This document shows, one piece after another, positions 46,678-48,615 of a stretch of 48,615 bases of DNA (positions are counted from its first letter, which is position 1; every line of letters begins with the position of its first letter). A model generated the notes under the pieces. The model saw nothing but the letters and a program-made list of their open reading frames with translations, was not told where the DNA came from and searched no databases. The DNA is taken from contig CAYWLU010000001.1 of the NCBI GenBank assembly GCA_964459435.1, positions 11,151-59,765 on the forward strand. The letters are read 5' to 3'. Both the position numbers and the translations under genes were made by a program. The DNA comes from an uncultured Candidatus Peribacteria bacterium (lineage in GTDB: Bacteria; Patescibacteriota; Gracilibacteria; UBA4473).

Positions 46678-47816
46678 GAACAAAAACTTTTTTTCTAGAT
46701 CAAGGAGAAACTCTCGGAGGAGCCGAACGATTTCTGTTAGATTTTTTTCAGAAACTCACCCCTTCAGAAACGAGAAGAATACTTCCTGTAGTACTAGGAG
46801 CAAAATCTAAAAAATACCGAATCTTGTTACCAAATAAAATAGAAGTCCAAGACTTTATTTTCCCATCAGTTCGGGGAAGTTTTTTTAAAAAGCTGATTAT
46901 TATTTTTAGATTAATAAAAACCGCTCGAAATTTGAAAAAATTAGCCCAAGCAAAAAATACTCAAGTCTTTTTTTCCAACACCCCCAGAGCACACTTTGTG
47001 ATGTTCTTAGCAAAAAAGATTTTTCATATTTCAGGAAAATGGATTGTCATGAATCATGATTTCACTGTTCCCGCTTTTCTCTTGAAAAGCATTGCTAGAA
47101 CTTCTGATATCTTAATCGCCAATTCCATCCCCTGCCGAGAACATTTACGAAGTGTTGTTAATCAAAAAGACTTCAAAAAAATTCGGATTATAGAAAACGG
47201 AATTGATTTCTCTACTATACCAAACCAAGCTCCTGCCCAAGAAATAAAAAAAATCTTAATGCTCGGTCGAATAGATCCCCGCAAAGGACAAATGTTTGCC
47301 GTACAAGCCGCAGAGCTTCTACAAGCTTCTCATTCAGATGTACAATTTTTTATTGTCGGAAGTCCCTTCAAAGAAGATACCAGAACTATGAAATACCGAG
47401 ATGATATTCTTAAATTTGTTCATGAAAAAAACATCAAAAATGTACATTTCTTAGGTGAAATAGATAATCCTTTTGAAGCTATTATTGGAGCTGATTGTTT
47501 ACTAGTCCTCCCCACAGAACCAGAAACTTTTGGACGAATCGTCACCGAAGGATTGGCTCTTGGCAAACTAATAATTTCCTTTGACGAAACAGGCCCTAAA
47601 GATATTTTAAAAAACTACGAACTTTTCCTAAAAACTAAACAGTCTCTACGAATAGAAAAGCAAAATCCTAACGCTCTAGCAAAAAAAATTGCCTTCTTTG
47701 CAGACAACCCTCAAGACGTCCAATTTTTTACACAAAAAGCACGAGAATTCGTCAAAAAAAACTTCTCACTCGATGAAACTAAGAAACGACTCGTTAATGT
47801 GATTTTAGAAGACTAA
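46674..47816 (+). CDS. Family 4 (GT-B, GT1/GT4-type) glycosyltransferase
   Basis: ..LGRIDPRKGQ.. and ..PTEPETFGRIVTEGLALGK.. (E-x7-E-like motif). Overlaps the comEC stop by 4 nt. Confidence 0.8.
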   Translation: MRTKTFFLDQGETLGGAERFLLDFFQKLTPSETRRILPVVLGAKSKKYRILLPNKIEVQDFIFPSVRGSFFKKLIIIFRLIKTARNLKKLAQAKNTQVFFSNTPRAHFVMFLAKKIFHISGKWIVMNHDFTVPAFLLKSIARTSDILIANSIPCREHLRSVVNQKDFKKIRIIENGIDFSTIPNQAPAQEIKKILMLGRIDPRKGQMFAVQAAELLQASHSDVQFFIVGSPFKEDTRTMKYRDDILKFVHEKNIKNVHFLGEIDNPFEAIIGADCLLVLPTEPETFGRIVTEGLALGKLIISFDETGPKDILKNYELFLKTKQSLRIEKQNPNALAKKIAFFADNPQDVQFFTQKAREFVKKNFSLDETKKRLVNVILED

Positions 47817-47869
47817 ATAATTTAGCTCTTAGTTTTTTTTCAGTTCAAACTAAAAATTAAAACAATAAA

Positions 47870-47891
47870 GCATTATATTATAATATAATGC
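47870..47891. repeat. Perfect 22-nt palindrome GCATTATATTATAATATAATGC
   Basis: Lies in a convergent intergenic region and is followed 20 nt later by a TTGAAGA array. Confidence 0.85.
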
Positions 47892-47911
47892 ACTTAGCTT
47901 TAGAAATTTAT

Positions 47912-47943
47912 AATTGAAGATTGTAGATTGAAGATTGAAGATT
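47912..47943 (+). repeat. TTGAAGA heptamer array abutting the stop of ORF 47946-48326
   Basis: aattgaagattgtagattgaagattgaagatt. Confidence 0.85.
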
Positions 47944-47945
47944 TT

Positions 47946-48326
47946 TTAGGTGTTTTCTCCCGGAAAAGTACTCCGTCTTAATCCTCCAAATCCTCTTTGT
48001 TCTGCTTGTTCAGATAAAGCCATTAAAAATTGTTCTGCCCTGATAATATCTTGGTCATCTTTAAATTCTTTACTAGCGGTGTCACCCGAAAGATCTGCTA
48101 AATCTAATTGTGCAAGACTTTCCTCTACCCCTCGTTCTGCTTTTGTTATTCTTTCTGCTTCCTGAATTTCGTTCCAACCTTTCCCATATGGATTTTCTTT
48201 AGGGGCTATATTTAAATTAACCAGAGATTCTTTAGTAGATTTTTCTATCTTATCTACTTCTTTAGATCCCTCTAAATAATCATCTACGCTTCGCCAGTTA
48301 GGTTTTTCAAAACTCATTTTTATCAA
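47946..48326 (-). CDS. Acidic hypothetical protein (126 aa)
   Basis: ATG ORF, Glu/Lys-rich; no family recognised. Confidence 0.45.
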   Translation of the reverse strand: MIKMSFEKPNWRSVDDYLEGSKEVDKIEKSTKESLVNLNIAPKENPYGKGWNEIQEAERITKAERGVEESLAQLDLADLSGDTASKEFKDDQDIIRAEQFLMALSEQAEQRGFGGLRRSTFPGENT

Positions 48327-48448
48327 GTTATCAGAACATTATAGCAAAAGTTTTGACAAAAAGCAAGTAAGTCGCTAGGCTTCGCCCGTCGAGGGCAAAT
48401 CGTCCTCGTTTTTTAAATTTACTTTTCTACTTTTCTACTTTTTAATTA

Positions 48449-48615
48449 ATGACTAAAAATATAATTGTAAAGGGTGCACGAATGCACAACCTTAAAAATA
48501 TAGATGTAGAAATTCCCCGAGGAAAATTGACCGTAATTACTGGTGTTTCCGGAAGTGGTAAATCTTCTCTTGCTTTTGACACTATCTACGCTGAAGGACA
48601 AAGAAGATATGTCGA
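48449..48615 (+). CDS. uvrA: Excinuclease ABC subunit A (5' end; continues beyond window)
   Basis: [55 protein letters not shown] is the canonical UvrA N-terminus with Walker A. Confidence 0.92.
   Translation, partial: MTKNIIVKGARMHNLKNIDVEIPRGKLTVITGVSGSGKSSLAFDTIYAEGQRRYV

Noticed and set aside
48353-48420. TTGACA box plus GC hairpin and T-run upstream of uvrA, considered as a promoter/attenuator
   Set aside because: The hairpin region resembles the dispersed GC-rich family C sequence (..aagcaagtaagtcgctagg..), and no upstream plus-strand gene needs a terminator here. The evidence is insufficient to call either way.
1-48615. Autonomous mobile elements (transposase, integrase, reverse transcriptase) that could explain the repeats
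   Set aside because: No ORF in the window has recognisable DDE, tyrosine- or serine-recombinase, or RT motifs. All repeat families here therefore look non-autonomous.

Overview
AT-rich (about one third G+C by eye, not computed), gene-dense 48.6-kb window using the standard code: conserved genes stop at their expected C-termini, for example guaA ends ..PPGTIEWE then TGA. The gene content points to a Candidate Phyla Radiation / Patescibacteria-type bacterium (inference): compact housekeeping genes, five VirB2/TrbC-like pilin paralogs, PilT, a ComEC channel core, DUF4012, LCP, LysM-M23, a bacterial Elp3, and little or no Shine-Dalgarno signal. I call about 50 protein genes. They include rplU, guaA, ribD, ribE, pilT, a MurL-like/MurD2-like pair, mutS, miaB, prs, tatD, pgi, ruvA, yidD, an rseP-like protease, rplY, elp3, comEC, the uvrA 5' end and two RelE-type toxin-antitoxin pairs. 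There are two tRNAs (Ala-GGC, Arg-TCT), and I found no rRNA, CRISPR array, transposase or integrase. The most unusual content is non-coding. (1) An identical 28-nt CCCGGG-capped hairpin lies in frame inside both ribD and ribE, with a third intergenic copy. (2) Tandem heptanucleotide arrays fill most intergenic regions, several with a stop codon exactly every 7 nt starting at a gene's own stop; the same heptamers also sit in frame inside guaA, ribD, elp3 and the MurL-like gene. (3) A 12-22 nt all-AT palindrome (ATATTATAATAT core) occurs 8 times, always intergenic apart from a 2-3 nt overlap with a start or stop codon at two sites. (4) Several nested hairpin/MITE-like repeat families occur, some contributing start or C-terminal codons to genes. 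(5) Both tRNA genes sit in homologous cassettes with a GC-rich structured leader, a similar trailer and a partial copy of their own 3' end. (6) A 3.5-kb decaying accessory patch next to tRNA-Ala holds an intact RhuM gene plus three homopolymer-frameshifted genes. All family assignments are from reading the translations. No database search was run.
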